DNA of 64,000 bases from Vulcanimicrobiota bacterium (GCA_963714015.1 OY970223.1:1920001-1984000), one strand, 5' to 3'. Positions 10,537-21,251 are shown, counted from the stretch's first letter. Program-made: numbers and translations. Notes: generated by a model from the sequence alone, not told the origin.

Positions 10537-11370
10537 TTGCTGGTTACGATCACGGACACCGAGTTTCGACAACTTCGCGAAGCGATTCGCGAGAAGTTCG
10601 GCATTTTCTACGACGATTCGAAGTTGTTTCTGCTGCAGAGCCGCCTGCAGACCCGGCTGCTCAAGCGAAGCGTTCCGGACTTTACCGCTTATTATCGCTT
10701 CTTGACGACCAATCCCCAGCGCGAGAGCGAGTGGGACGACCTGGCGTCGGTACTCTCGAACAACGAGACGTATTTTTTTCGTGAACGCGCGCAATTGGAC
10801 GTGCTTACGCACGAGGTGCTCGAGGATTACAAGCGCAGCGGCGCGCCCAAACTGCGCGTTTGGTCAGCCGCGTGCTCGACCGGGGAAGAGCCGTTCTCTC
10901 TAGCGATGGCGCTTCTGGAGACGTTCCGGCTGCCCGCTTCGGAGATTCAGATCAAAGCGAGCGACATTTCGCCTCGGGCGCTGGAGAAGGCAGGCATAGG
11001 TTTCTATCGAGAACTTAGCTTTCGCGCTACCCCGCCGGGGTTGATTCAGAAATACTTCCGGCCCTTCGAAGGCGGCTTCCTGATCTCGGACGAGATTAAG
11101 CGGATGGTCCAATTCTTCCGAATCAATCTGTTAGATGATCAGTCCGTGGCCAAAGCCGGCCCGGTAGACGCAATTTTCTGCCGGAACGTGCTCATCTATT
11201 TCGACAAGCCGACGCAGAAACGCGTCGTCGAAGCTTTCGCGCGCGCGCTGCGGCCGCGCGGTTACCTTTTCCTGGGCCACGCCGAATCGATCATTCGCTT
11301 AACGGATCGCTACGAGCCGGTCGTCACGCCCAAGGCGATCTACTATAGATTGAAAGCCGATGCGCATTAA
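10537..11370 (+). CDS. cheR: Chemotaxis methyltransferase
   Basis: NETYFFRE, WSAACSTGEEP, IFCRNVLIYF. Confidence 0.97.
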   Translation: MLVTITDTEFRQLREAIREKFGIFYDDSKLFLLQSRLQTRLLKRSVPDFTAYYRFLTTNPQRESEWDDLASVLSNNETYFFRERAQLDVLTHEVLEDYKRSGAPKLRVWSAACSTGEEPFSLAMALLETFRLPASEIQIKASDISPRALEKAGIGFYRELSFRATPPGLIQKYFRPFEGGFLISDEIKRMVQFFRINLLDDQSVAKAGPVDAIFCRNVLIYFDKPTQKRVVEAFARALRPRGYLFLGHAESIIRLTDRYEPVVTPKAIYYRLKADAH

Positions 11371-12424
11371 CGTCCTGGTGGTCGACGACTCGGCTTTCAT
11401 GCGCCGGGCGATCACGAAGATGCTGGAGAGTGAACCGGAAGTGACCGTCGTCGGGACGGCGCGCAACGGCGAAGAGGCTATTGCCAAGACCGAACAGCTC
11501 AAGCCTGACGTCATCACGATGGACGTCGAGATGCCGGGCATGGGCGGGCTCGACGCGTTGCGTCAAATAACGACGCGTTGCGACGTTCCGGTTATCATGG
11601 TAAGCGCCCTCACGCAAGAAGGCGCAGAGACGACGCTGCTTGCGCTCGAGATTGGCGCCGTCGACTTTATTCCGAAGCCCGATTCGGCATACGTCAACAT
11701 CAGCGACGTTGCGCGCGATCTCATCGCAAAGATTCGCATCTTTGCGAGCCGGCGCGCGGCCCCCAGGAGCGGTGCGCGTCCGAAAGTCTCGCTCCCGCCG
11801 CTGCTTCCGCATATCGCGCGCCCGGGCCGCGACGTCTTCGAATGCTTGGCAATCGGCACGTCCACCGGAGGACCGGTCGCGCTTTCACATATCATCCCTT
11901 CGCTGCCGGGCGACTTTCCGGTTCCGGTGATCATCGTGCAGCATATGCCGGCCGGCTTTACGCGGCCGCTCGCGGATCGTTTGAACTCCACGAGCAAGCT
12001 CACGGTGGTAGAGGGCGAAGAAGGGATGCCGGTTCAAAAAGGCTTCGCCATCGTCGCACCGGCAGGCCGGCATCTGACGCTGCGCCGCACCGGTACGGGT
12101 CTATTCGAAGTCGCGCTGCAATCGGACGATCGGCGTTCGCTGCATGTTCCGAGCGTCGACGTGATGACCGCCTCGGTTGCCGACGCCTACGGTGTAGGGA
12201 CGCTCGCAGCCATTTTGACCGGTATGGGCCAAGATGGGGTCATTGGTTTACGCCGTGTAAAGGACGCCGGCGGTTTTGTCGTGGGGCAAGACGCAGCCAC
12301 CTCCGTCGTCTACGGCATGCCCCGAGCGGCCGCCCAAGCGGGTTTGGTGGATCGCGTGCTGCCGCTGGATCAAATCGCCCCGGCTCTGTGCGAACTCACG
12401 AACACTTCCTTCGCGCGCTCTTAA
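11360..12424 (+). CDS. cheB: Chemotaxis methylesterase response regulator
   Basis: Receiver domain plus GTSTGGP, VQHMP, LTGMGQDG. Confidence 0.97.
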   Translation: MRINVLVVDDSAFMRRAITKMLESEPEVTVVGTARNGEEAIAKTEQLKPDVITMDVEMPGMGGLDALRQITTRCDVPVIMVSALTQEGAETTLLALEIGAVDFIPKPDSAYVNISDVARDLIAKIRIFASRRAAPRSGARPKVSLPPLLPHIARPGRDVFECLAIGTSTGGPVALSHIIPSLPGDFPVPVIIVQHMPAGFTRPLADRLNSTSKLTVVEGEEGMPVQKGFAIVAPAGRHLTLRRTGTGLFEVALQSDDRRSLHVPSVDVMTASVADAYGVGTLAAILTGMGQDGVIGLRRVKDAGGFVVGQDAATSVVYGMPRAAAQAGLVDRVLPLDQIAPALCELTNTSFARS

Positions 12425-12521
12425 CGCAATTCTGTGTAAGGAGCAGGCGAGATCAGTAGGAGCAGCCACCCGTTCGGGCAATAATGCCTTCTGCTACGGA
12501 CAACCGTCCTTCGGAGCGTGA

Positions 12522-13361
12522 ATGAGACTGAACCGAAGTTCGCACCGCTACGTGATCGGCGGCGTCGAACTCTCCCGAGAAGAGATCGTTCACAAGTATT
12601 TGCATCTCGTCAAGTACGTGGCGGGCCGCATCTCCGTCAATCTGCCTCCGAACGTCGAGCTCAACGATCTCATCAACGACGGCATCCTCGGTCTGATCGA
12701 CGCGATCGAGAAATACGACGACGGGCGCGGCGTAAAGTTCGAAACGTACGCCATAACGCGAATCAACGGCGCGATTTTGGATGCGCTGCGATCGCTCGAT
12801 TGGGTTCCGCGCGCAGTCCGTCAGCGGGCTCGCGAACTCGAGCGCGCCTACCAGCAGATCGAAGCGGAATTCGGCCGCGTGCCTACCGAAGACGAACTTG
12901 CCGGGAAACTGGGCATTACGCGCAAGGAGCTCGACACGCTCATGCAGCGCGTGCGCGGCACGTCCGTCCTTTCGCTCGAAGAGTTCTTGCCCAACGAGAA
13001 GGGCTATGAGATTCCGCTCGTCGATACGCTCAAAGATTCCGGCAACGACGTTACCGCGGCCGTCGAACAGCGCGAGATCAAAGCCTCGCTGGTTACCGCC
13101 GTCCAAGATTTGCCCCCGCAAGAACGCACCGTGATCTCGCTCTATTACTTCGAAGGCTTGACCCTCAAAGAGATCAAGAGCGCGCTCAACGTCTCCGAGT
13201 CCCGCGTATCCCAGATCCATGCCCAAGCGGTCATTCATCTGAGGCAGAAGTTGCGGGAGCTCAAGTCCGATCTGGGGTACCGTGAGGGCGACCCCAACGT
13301 CAAACAGAAATATTTACGCAAAAACCCTCCGGCTGCCGATAACGTAACTAGGGCCGGTTAG
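12522..13361 (+). CDS. fliA: FliA/WhiG (sigma28) family sigma factor
   Basis: KFETYAITRINGAILDALRSLDWVPR and VSESRVSQIH. Confidence 0.95.
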   Translation: MRLNRSSHRYVIGGVELSREEIVHKYLHLVKYVAGRISVNLPPNVELNDLINDGILGLIDAIEKYDDGRGVKFETYAITRINGAILDALRSLDWVPRAVRQRARELERAYQQIEAEFGRVPTEDELAGKLGITRKELDTLMQRVRGTSVLSLEEFLPNEKGYEIPLVDTLKDSGNDVTAAVEQREIKASLVTAVQDLPPQERTVISLYYFEGLTLKEIKSALNVSESRVSQIHAQAVIHLRQKLRELKSDLGYREGDPNVKQKYLRKNPPAADNVTRAG

Positions 13362-13410
13362 GCGCAGCGCACGGCGGGCGCCCGGCTGGTCCGGCGAGAA
13401 GGCAACCGTC

Positions 13411-13737
13411 ATGGCGATTAGACCGGTAGATTTGCAGCTCGCGTACTTGGCCGGTCCACAGAACGCGGCCACCGTGAGCAGCGCGCAACAAGCCCCGCAA
13501 GCCGCCCAACAGGCGGCTCAGTCGGCATTTGCCGCCGAGCTCACCAAGCGCGAAGAGTCCGTTGACGAGCCTCAACACGTCGAGGGCCAAAAAATTCGCG
13601 ATCGCCGCGAACGCAATCCGTCGGAGCAGCAGCGCCGTAACGGACGCCGGTATCCCGAACGGACCGATGAGCAGGGACTCTTCTCGCCGGAGTATGACGG
13701 CGGCGAGGACGAGCACCTCATCGACTTCACCGCGTAG
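13411..13737 (+). CDS. Hypothetical flagellar-associated protein
   Basis: MAIRPVDLQ...LIDFTA, a pattern typical of small flagellar-operon proteins. Confidence 0.7.
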   Translation: MAIRPVDLQLAYLAGPQNAATVSSAQQAPQAAQQAAQSAFAAELTKREESVDEPQHVEGQKIRDRRERNPSEQQRRNGRRYPERTDEQGLFSPEYDGGEDEHLIDFTA

Positions 13738-13800
13738 ACCCTATGTACGGCATGAGCCGGGTCGCCGCGGAGGCTCTCGGGCGCGGCCCTCCCGATCGAC

Positions 13801-15441
13801 TTGTCCGCGGACCTCCTTGCGCAGATATCGGTGGGCGACGTCCTCGAGGCGATGGTCTTAGCGCCCCAAAACGGTCAGGACCTCATCCAGATCTTGGGCC
13901 GGCAAGTTGCCGCGCAGCTTCCTCCGGGAATACATCCGGGCGAAGTGCTGCTGCTTCAGGTGACCGGTTTTTCGAATACGCAGATTTTCGTGCAGAATCT
14001 GGGGCCGTACGACGGCCAGAATCCGCCCGCTGCACTCCTGCCGGATCCTTCGGCATCGGTCGTTCTTACCGCGGCCACGCAAAATGATGCCCCGGCCGCG
14101 CCTTCACCCCCATCACCGCCCGTACCGCCGGCGAGAACGCCGGCCGCGCCGCCGCCGTCGGTTTTCGTTGCCGCTTCCGTCCGGCCGGCCCCGGCAGCAC
14201 AAGGCAACGGCGGTGCCGCCGAAGCCGTAAATTCCGCCGTACAGCGCGCGGCCGCGATCGCGAACAGCGTCGAAGCGCGCATCGCCGCAGCGCAAACGGC
14301 AAAGCCGCCGCAAACCGTTCAACCGCAAGTGTTTACACTGCGGCCCGCGATGACCGGAGCCGCACCACCGGTCCGGCCGTCGCCGGTACAGGCCGCGGTG
14401 CAGAACGCAGTGCAGAACGCCGCCGGGACCGCGCAGCGCGTGATTCAAACGGCTGCCGATCTCATCAAGACCTTGCGGCTTCCGGATACGCCGCTCGTCC
14501 GGACCGCGTCCGCGATAGCGCCTCAGGCTGCAGGACGTTTGCCTGCGGTGCTCGCTCGACTTGAAGCGGCCCTGCCGCGAGAGTCGGCAGATCCTCGCGT
14601 GTCGACGCTCCGCATAATCGCCGCATTCGTTGCGCGGATCGCGCCGCAGAACGAGGAGACGCTGGCCGCCCAAATATCGGCGTACGTTTCAAACGCCGTT
14701 GAAGGGGCGGAGTCCAAACTGGTACAGCTGCTCCAGGCTGCCGGATCGGCTGCTGCCGGTCAATCGCCGGATTTCGGCGGTAAGGCCGCGGCGCGCGAGC
14801 AGACGCCGGTCTCGGGTCCCGCGCAGCATCCGGACGCGCGCAGTGCGCCGATCGTGCAGTCGGCCTCCCAAGGACGCGCGCTCGAACGGGCTGCGGCGAT
14901 CGACCACGACCTCAAATCGCTGGTGCTCTCGTTGCTGCGCGATCCGCCTGCCGAGCGCGGCACGACGCTGACGCAAGCGCTCAACGAGACGCTGATCACG
15001 CTGACGGGAACGCAGCTCAACACGCTTTCGAATAGTTTGAACGATGCGCGCGCCGTTACGATAGCGCTTCCCGTTTTTTATCGGGAGGGCGGAAAGCCGG
15101 CGCAGATTCGCATCAGTCGCGACGGCGACGGAACCGCTGCGAAGCTCGACGCCGACAATTTTCACATCGCATTCGTCTTGGATACGGCGAATCTCGGAAC
15201 AGTCGCCATCGATCTGCAGACCGCGGGACGCGCCGTGAAGGTCGATGTAAAAACGGAACAATCCAGGGCCGCTTCGAGATTCTCCGACACTCTGTCGGCG
15301 TTGCGATCGCGCCTGGAGGATCTGCGTTATCGCGTCTTGTCGGCCGGAGCGAGCGTCGCGGAGCGCAGAACGGCGCAGGTTCCGGCGCGCACGGAGCAAA
15401 GGCCGGGCCGCAGCAGTTCCGGCGTGGACATGCGCGCGTGA
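13801..15441 (+). CDS. Ala/Pro-rich FliK/YlqG-like protein (true start perhaps ATG 13752 with an indel)
   Basis: C-terminal LDTANLGTVAIDL FliK-like motif. Sits directly before a FlhB-C-like gene. Confidence 0.7.
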   Translation: MSADLLAQISVGDVLEAMVLAPQNGQDLIQILGRQVAAQLPPGIHPGEVLLLQVTGFSNTQIFVQNLGPYDGQNPPAALLPDPSASVVLTAATQNDAPAAPSPPSPPVPPARTPAAPPPSVFVAASVRPAPAAQGNGGAAEAVNSAVQRAAAIANSVEARIAAAQTAKPPQTVQPQVFTLRPAMTGAAPPVRPSPVQAAVQNAVQNAAGTAQRVIQTAADLIKTLRLPDTPLVRTASAIAPQAAGRLPAVLARLEAALPRESADPRVSTLRIIAAFVARIAPQNEETLAAQISAYVSNAVEGAESKLVQLLQAAGSAAAGQSPDFGGKAAAREQTPVSGPAQHPDARSAPIVQSASQGRALERAAAIDHDLKSLVLSLLRDPPAERGTTLTQALNETLITLTGTQLNTLSNSLNDARAVTIALPVFYREGGKPAQIRISRDGDGTAAKLDADNFHIAFVLDTANLGTVAIDLQTAGRAVKVDVKTEQSRAASRFSDTLSALRSRLEDLRYRVLSAGASVAERRTAQVPARTEQRPGRSSSGVDMRA

Positions 15442-15752
15442 ACGGCCGTTTCTTCGATTTTCGCAAGAAAGTCGCGCCCCGTCCCGCAGCGGCCGCGCTG
15501 CGATACGATCCGGTCGGAGACGACGCGCCGCAGCTTATCGCGGCAGGGCGCGGATTGATCGCCGAAGAGATCGTCCGTCTTGCGAAAGAGCACGCGATTC
15601 CACTCCACGAGGACGCTCAGCTGGTCGAAGCGCTCGCGCGTTTGGAACTGACGGAATCCATCCCGCGCGAACTCTACGCCGTCGTGGCGGAAGTGCTCGC
15701 GTACGTGTTTCGCGTCGATGCTGCCGCAGCGCGCCGCAGCCACGCTCGCTAA
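15438..15752 (+). CDS. FlhB C-terminal-like protein (FlhX/YlqH; EscU/YscU family)
   Basis: AAALRYD..APQLIAAGRG..IPRELYAVVAEVL. Confidence 0.9.
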   Translation: MNGRFFDFRKKVAPRPAAAALRYDPVGDDAPQLIAAGRGLIAEEIVRLAKEHAIPLHEDAQLVEALARLELTESIPRELYAVVAEVLAYVFRVDAAAARRSHAR

Positions 15753-15756
15753 GCGG

Positions 15757-17064
15757 CTACAACGAAGCTTCTGCCTCGCCTTCGGCCAAAGCCGGCGCGT
15801 TCGTGTGCTCGGAGGGTTTGGCGATTTTGTCGTAGATCCACAGCAGCAGCGTGGTCAGAAAGCCCACCGCCGTAACGGCCGGCCAAATCAGCGCGGGTTG
15901 ATGCGTTACCTCGCCGAAGTGATGCAGCAGCGTTCCGCCGAACCATCCGCCGACGAACGAACCGATGCCGATCGGCAAGAACGCGAAGCCCATGTAGGTA
16001 CCCTGCTGTCCCCGCGGCGCCAGACGCGAGATGTACTCGTAATAGCGCGGCGCCTGCGTGATTTCCCCGAGCGCAACCAGCACCAGACTCAATACCGCCG
16101 TTATGACGCTGCCTCTCGCAGCGATGATTAGCCAGCCGGCCGACGTCAGCAACGTTCCCAGCACAATCGCTTGAAATGCCGGCATCCGGCGCGTAACGGC
16201 GCTCACGGCGACGGTGAAGCAAATCACGATGAGCGGGTCCGTGATGAGAATCATCGCCGTATTGGCGTTGGGATTGACGTAATTCTGAATGTAGATCGGC
16301 AGGATGAGGTACTGCTGCCAGAAGACGATCCAGAAGCCCGAAAAGATCAGAAGAAACACGACGAATCGAACGTTGCTCAGAACGACCAGCAGATTTCGTC
16401 CCACTTGTCCGAGCGCCGGTATAGGCTCCGTGCTGCTGCGGCGCGGTTCCTTGAAAAAGATCACCACGACGAAGATCATGAGAAAAACGCTGAGCGCCGC
16501 CAGCATGAAGACGCCCTCGGGACGCATGCGTGAATGCATCCATCCGGCGAGAAACGGTCCGGCGGTGCTGCCGATGTTGACCATGGTGTAGTAGATCGCG
16601 TAGCCGACGGAGCGGACGTTTTCTTTGGACGCGCGGGCCGTCGTTCCGACGACGGAAGGCTTGACCAGCGCAATGCCGAGCGCCGGTAAAAACAGAACGA
16701 CGCCGACGAGCAATCCCAGCGGTATCGTGCTGCGGACCGGAGCGAACCACGGCGCGCCGATCGAACCGATTAAGAAATACGCGCACGTGAGAATGAAGTA
16801 CGCCGTCGAGAGCGCGCGCCGGAATCCGATCTTGTCCGCGAGCGCACCGCCGAAAACCGCCATTACCCAGACGGCGCCCCCGAAGAGTCCACTCAGGGTT
16901 GCGGCGGTCGCGCTGGGAAACCGCAGCGAGTCGTGCAGGTAGAGCGCGAGGACCGAAAAAACGGCGTAGTATGACAGCCGTTCGAAAATCTCGCTGATGT
17001 TGGCGACCCAGAACGGGCGCTCGAATCCCGTCCGGACTTCGTCAATCCGCTGCGCGAAGCTCAA
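15757..17064 (-). CDS. MFS transporter (POT/peptide-like)
   Basis: EIFERLSYY and GGALADKIGFRR motifs. About 12 TM segments. Confidence 0.9.
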   Translation of the reverse strand: MSFAQRIDEVRTGFERPFWVANISEIFERLSYYAVFSVLALYLHDSLRFPSATAATLSGLFGGAVWVMAVFGGALADKIGFRRALSTAYFILTCAYFLIGSIGAPWFAPVRSTIPLGLLVGVVLFLPALGIALVKPSVVGTTARASKENVRSVGYAIYYTMVNIGSTAGPFLAGWMHSRMRPEGVFMLAALSVFLMIFVVVIFFKEPRRSSTEPIPALGQVGRNLLVVLSNVRFVVFLLIFSGFWIVFWQQYLILPIYIQNYVNPNANTAMILITDPLIVICFTVAVSAVTRRMPAFQAIVLGTLLTSAGWLIIAARGSVITAVLSLVLVALGEITQAPRYYEYISRLAPRGQQGTYMGFAFLPIGIGSFVGGWFGGTLLHHFGEVTHQPALIWPAVTAVGFLTTLLLWIYDKIAKPSEHTNAPALAEGEAEASL

Positions 17065-17137
17065 CGCGTTTTCCTCAGTATCATGAGCGAGGGTTTTCTA
17101 GGCTGGCTGCTTGGAGCCTTACGGAGCGGAGGTTGAG

Positions 17138-17308
17138 ATGTTGACCAAACTGCGCGAATTCTTCGTGACCTGGCTGCGCGTCGTCCGGGGCTCCCGCAAG
17201 CGTCCTCCGGGCGAACCGCCGGCGGGCGCAGGTGTCGGGGCCAAATTGCCTCCGACGGTGCCCTCACTCTCCGGCGCCAACGCGCGCGCCTTTCCGCCGG
17301 AAGAATAG
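17138..17308 (+). CDS. Small hypothetical protein (56 aa)
   Basis: GGAGG before ATG 17138. Amphipathic N-terminus and Pro-rich tail. Confidence 0.5.
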   Translation: MLTKLREFFVTWLRVVRGSRKRPPGEPPAGAGVGAKLPPTVPSLSGANARAFPPEE

Positions 17309-17368
17309 CTCGGTCTACTCACCTACCCGAACAGGAGTTCGATTCTTGCCGGTGAAGGGGGCATACCC

Positions 17369-18286
17369 GTGAGCTTTTTCGCCAAGATTCGAGCTTCATT
17401 CGGGAAAGCGCGTGAAACGCTCGCGGGAGTCCAGGCGCTCGGGCGAGCCCGCCGGCCGATTACGGCCGAGGTCTGGGAAGAGCTGGAGGAGTTGCTGCTC
17501 CTGGCCGACTTCGGCGTACCGACGACCGAGAAGATCGTATCCGGCTTGAAAACCGTGGCGAAGCAAGAACTTTGGGCCACGAGCGATCAAATGGTCGCCC
17601 GTTTTCGCAAGGATGTCGAGCGGTTTCTCACGCTGCCGAACGCCGAACTGAATCTTTCCAACGGCCCGGCCGTGGTGCTGGTAGTCGGCGTCAACGGCAG
17701 CGGTAAGACCACGACGATCGGCAAGCTCGCAACGCGTCTAACCAAAGAGCGCAAGCGCGTCCTGCTCGTCGCGGCTGATACGTTCCGGGCCGCGGCGGCG
17801 GAACAACTTGCGATATGGGCCGATCGCAGCGGCGCCGATTTCATTCGCGGCAAAGAAGGCGCCGATCCGGCGTCCGTCGTCTTCGACGGATTGCAGGCCG
17901 GCAAAGCTCGCGGTGCGGACGTCATCTTGGTCGACACGGCCGGGCGTCTGCAAACGAAGACGAATCTGATGGAAGAGCTCAAGAAAATGCGGCGGATCAT
18001 CGAGCGTGAAACCGGCGCCCCGCCGGCTGAGACGCTGCTCGTGCTCGACGGCACTACCGGACAGAACGCGATCTCGCAGGCACGGCTCTTCCACGAGGCG
18101 ACTGCGCTTACCGGCGTCGTCGTGACGAAGTTGGACTCTACCGCAAAAGGGGGCGTCCTCGTTGCGATCGTCGATACGCTCGAGGTTCCCATCAAATTCG
18201 TGGGTTTGGGTGAATCCGCCGACGCGCTTCGACCATTCCTCCCTTCGGAGTTTATCGAAGCGGTCTTTGAAGGCTCGGAATTTTGA
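17369..18286 (+). CDS. ftsY: SRP receptor
   Basis: GVNGSGKTTT, DTFRAAA, DTAGR, TKLDSTAKGG. Confidence 0.97.
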   Translation: MSFFAKIRASFGKARETLAGVQALGRARRPITAEVWEELEELLLLADFGVPTTEKIVSGLKTVAKQELWATSDQMVARFRKDVERFLTLPNAELNLSNGPAVVLVVGVNGSGKTTTIGKLATRLTKERKRVLLVAADTFRAAAAEQLAIWADRSGADFIRGKEGADPASVVFDGLQAGKARGADVILVDTAGRLQTKTNLMEELKKMRRIIERETGAPPAETLLVLDGTTGQNAISQARLFHEATALTGVVVTKLDSTAKGGVLVAIVDTLEVPIKFVGLGESADALRPFLPSEFIEAVFEGSEF

Positions 18287-18311
18287 AGACGGCAATTTCA
18301 ATGCCAGGGTG

Positions 18312-18354
18312 TTGGCATTAGACGGTGATAGCGTGATACTCGTAATAACGTACG
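18312..18354 (+). promoter_or_regulatory. recA promoter with candidate LexA box
   Basis: TTGGCA-N17-GATACT immediately followed by the near-palindrome CGTAA-TAAC-GTACG. Confidence 0.45.
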
Positions 18355-18381
18355 CACTTTAGGACAGGAGAGCAGAAAACA

Positions 18382-19419
18382 ATGGCAGCGCAAGACGAAC
18401 GGCAAGCCGCCCTGAGCAACGCACTGGCGCAGATCGAGCGGCAGTTCGGCAAAGGCTCCATCATGCGCATGGGTGAGATCCAGGAACGCATGTCGTTCGA
18501 GGTCATACCTTCCGGCTCCATCGCCATCGATTTGGCTTTGGGCGTCGGCGGTTTTCCGCGCGGGCGTATCGTCGAAATTTACGGTCCGGAGTCCAGCGGT
18601 AAAACGACGCTTGCGCTGCATGCCATTGCCGAGGCGCAAAAAATCGGCGGTACGGCGGCGTTCATCGACGTGGAGCACGCGCTGGATCCGAATTACGCGG
18701 CGGCCCTCGGCGTCGATTTGGATAATTTGCTCGTCTCACAGCCGGACACCGGCGAACAGGCGCTCGACATCGCGGAGATGCTGGTCCGCAGCAATGCGGT
18801 CGACGTCATCGTCGTCGACTCTGTAGCCGCACTGGTGACGAAGGCCGAACTCGAAGGCGACATGGGAGACACCCACGTCGGTTTGCAGGCGCGGCTCATG
18901 TCGCAGGCCCTGCGCAAACTCACGGCAGCAATATCGCGCAGCAAATCCGTCATGATCTTCATCAATCAGCTTCGCGAAAAAGTCGGCGTCATGTTCGGCA
19001 GTCCCGAGACCACTTCGGGCGGCCGGGCGCTCAAGTTCTACGCTTCCATCCGCTTGGACGTGCGCAAGCTGGAGCAGATCAAGGTAGGTCAGGAGGTCGT
19101 CGGATCGCGGACGCGCGCCAAGGTCGTGAAGAACAAAGTCGCCCCGCCGTTCCGTCAAGCCGAGTTCGACATCACCTATGGCCGCGGAATCAGCAAGATG
19201 GGATCGATTCTCGACGTGGCGCTCGAACGCAACGTCGTGGGCAAGAGCGGTTCGTGGTACACGTACGGTGAGACGCGTATCGGTCAAGGACGTGAGAACG
19301 CGAAGTCTTATCTCGAAGAGCATACGGACTTGGCCGACGAGATCTCGGCGCGCATTCGCGAAGAGATCGCCGGTAACGTTTCGCGCAACGGTTCGGCGCA
19401 GCCGGTCGCCTCGGAGTAA
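18382..19419 (+). CDS. recA: Recombinase A
   Basis: [31 protein letters not shown]. Confidence 0.99.
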   Translation: MAAQDERQAALSNALAQIERQFGKGSIMRMGEIQERMSFEVIPSGSIAIDLALGVGGFPRGRIVEIYGPESSGKTTLALHAIAEAQKIGGTAAFIDVEHALDPNYAAALGVDLDNLLVSQPDTGEQALDIAEMLVRSNAVDVIVVDSVAALVTKAELEGDMGDTHVGLQARLMSQALRKLTAAISRSKSVMIFINQLREKVGVMFGSPETTSGGRALKFYASIRLDVRKLEQIKVGQEVVGSRTRAKVVKNKVAPPFRQAEFDITYGRGISKMGSILDVALERNVVGKSGSWYTYGETRIGQGRENAKSYLEEHTDLADEISARIREEIAGNVSRNGSAQPVASE

Positions 19420-19428
19420 CCGGCGCAC

Positions 19429-19902
19429 GTGGCAGCCGCCTACGTCGCGGCGTTGCGGCTGCTCGCCCAACGGAGGCTGACCGAGGCCCAACTTTGGCAG
19501 AGGCTCGAGCGCCGTGAATATTCCGCCGACGAGATCGGCATCGTCGTCCAGCGCTGCAAACGCGAAGGCTATCTGGACGATCGGCTCTATGCGCAGCTCT
19601 ACGTCGAGCAAAAGCGAAAATCGGTCGGCGACGCGCGTTTGATCGGCGAGCTGATCCGCAAGGGCATCGAGCGTGATGCGGCCCGCGCGGCGGTGCAGAA
19701 CGGATCGACCAAGGAGTCCGAGCGCCTCGACGAGGCGCTCGAGAAACTCTTCCGCGCGAAGCCCGGCCTCAGCTATCCGTCCGCGGCGCGCGCGCTGGAG
19801 CGGTTAGGTTTTCCGGCCTCGCTCATCTATCGCAAGCTGCGCGATCATGCGGCGCAGTTCGGGCCGTTCGCCGATATGGCCGAGGTGCTCTCGAGCGCAT
19901 AG
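19429..19902 (+). CDS. recX: RecA regulator
   Basis: Follows rec[22 protein letters not shown]. Confidence 0.9.
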   Translation: MAAAYVAALRLLAQRRLTEAQLWQRLERREYSADEIGIVVQRCKREGYLDDRLYAQLYVEQKRKSVGDARLIGELIRKGIERDAARAAVQNGSTKESERLDEALEKLFRAKPGLSYPSAARALERLGFPASLIYRKLRDHAAQFGPFADMAEVLSSA

Positions 19903-21056
19903 GTCAGGTCGCCGATGAGATCCGGCGCATCTTCGATGCCTACGGAGAGTCTGAGCAGATCGTCGGTCACGCCGAGCGTTACGCGTTCCTGCGCCGTCAG
20001 CGGTCCATGCGTCATTACCGCCGGGCTGCAGATCAGCGACTCGACGCCGCCGAGCGAGGTGGCCAAGTTGAAGATCTTCGTGACTCGCGCGACGGCGTGC
20101 GCGCGCTCCTTGCCGCCGCGAGGCCGGAACGAGACGATCCCGCCGAAGCCGGTCATCTGACGCTTCGCGAGCTCGTGCTGCGGATGAAGCGGCAGGCCCG
20201 GATAATACACTTGCGCGACATCTTGCCGGCCGCTAAGAAAATCGGCAATTTCGAAGGCGTTGCTTTCGTGCGCGCGCATGCGCAGCGCGAGCGTCTTCGC
20301 GCCGCGCAGCGTCAGATAAGCATCCCACGGACCGGGCACGGCGCCGACGGCATTCTGATGAAATTTGATCTGCGCGTGGATCTCCGCGTCGTCGGTAATG
20401 ACGGCTCCGCCAATCACATCGCTGTGTCCGCACAAATACTTGGTCGTCGAGTGCATGACGACGTCGGCGCCGAGCGCGATGGGCCGCTGAAAGTACGGCG
20501 AGGCGAAGGTGTTGTCGACGGCGAGCTTGCATCCCGGCGCCTTGAGCGCGCAGAGTGCAGCGATGTCGACGATCTTCAGGACTGGATTGGTGGGGGTTTC
20601 AATCCAAAAAAGCCGGGTGTTCGGCTGAATAGCGGCTCGAACCGCCTGCAAATCGCACATATCCGCGAACGTCGTCGTAATCCCGTAGCGCGGCAGAACC
20701 TGCGTGAGGAGACGATGCGTTCCGCCGTAGATGTCGAGCGTGGCGACGATGTGATCGCCGGCGCGGAGAAGTGCGGCGATACCGGCGGCGGCGGCCATGC
20801 CCGATCCAAAGGCGGCGGCAAACTGCGCGCCCTCAAGATCGGCAAGCTGCGCCTCTAGCGCACTCCGGGTCGGATTCGCCGTTCGCGAGTAGTCGTAGCC
20901 CTTGGTGACTCCGACGTCCGGCAGCGTGAAGGTGGCCGTCTGATAGACCGGGACGATGGTGGCGCCGGTGGCGCTGCACGGATCCTGTCCCGCGCGAATT
21001 GCGCGCGTCGAGAATCCGCGAGTCGCTCCGGAGCGGCCAAATGACTGATTCGGCAT
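19845..21056 (-). CDS. Cystathionine gamma-synthase/lyase family PLP enzyme
   Basis: [41 protein letters not shown] 21056 follows GGAG. Confidence 0.93.
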   Translation of the reverse strand: MPNQSFGRSGATRGFSTRAIRAGQDPCSATGATIVPVYQTATFTLPDVGVTKGYDYSRTANPTRSALEAQLADLEGAQFAAAFGSGMAAAAGIAALLRAGDHIVATLDIYGGTHRLLTQVLPRYGITTTFADMCDLQAVRAAIQPNTRLFWIETPTNPVLKIVDIAALCALKAPGCKLAVDNTFASPYFQRPIALGADVVMHSTTKYLCGHSDVIGGAVITDDAEIHAQIKFHQNAVGAVPGPWDAYLTLRGAKTLALRMRAHESNAFEIADFLSGRQDVAQVYYPGLPLHPQHELAKRQMTGFGGIVSFRPRGGKERAHAVARVTKIFNLATSLGGVESLICSPAVMTHGPLTAQERVTLGVTDDLLRLSVGIEDAPDLIGDLTYALESTSAISANGPNCAA

Positions 21057-21071
21057 GAGTTGCACTCCGTA

Positions 21072-21110
21072 AATGACGACGGCCCCTCACTGCTTTAGTG
21101 AGAGGCCGTT
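21072..21110 (-). terminator. Attenuator hairpin upstream of the cystathionine enzyme
   Basis: AACGGCCTCTCACT-AAAGC-AGTGAGGGGCCGTC stem with a weak U-tail (GTCATTT). Confidence 0.6.
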
Positions 21111-21137
21111 GAACGCTTATCTGTTGCGGGGGGAAGC

Positions 21138-21218
21138 TTAAGCGAAAGACGACCTCTGCCGGCGCATCTCTGCGCGGCACATCATCGAACGCACCATCTC
21201 GCTCCGTCCGGTCAACAT
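21138..21218 (-). CDS. Met/Cys-rich leader peptide MLTGRSEMVRSMMCRAEMRRQRSSFA
   Basis: 26-aa ORF starting 7 nt after the -10 of TTGACA-N18-TAGGTT (21255-21226). Five Met plus one Cys. Confidence 0.7.
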   Translation of the reverse strand: MLTGRSEMVRSMMCRAEMRRQRSSFA

Positions 21219-21251
21219 TGGGGCCAACCTACCATACCCGGCCGTAAAGTG

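Noticed and set aside
13361..13385. Sixth copy of the dispersed element (GGCGC..GCGCC after fliA)
   Set aside because: Lacks hairpin 1, the GGA loops and the T/A tail. Could arise by chance at this GC content.
21060..21220. SAM riboswitch or T-box before the cystathionine enzyme
   Set aside because: No ATC.AGA..GAGGG/GCAACC core and no AGGGTGG.ACC T-box. The leader-peptide model fits better.
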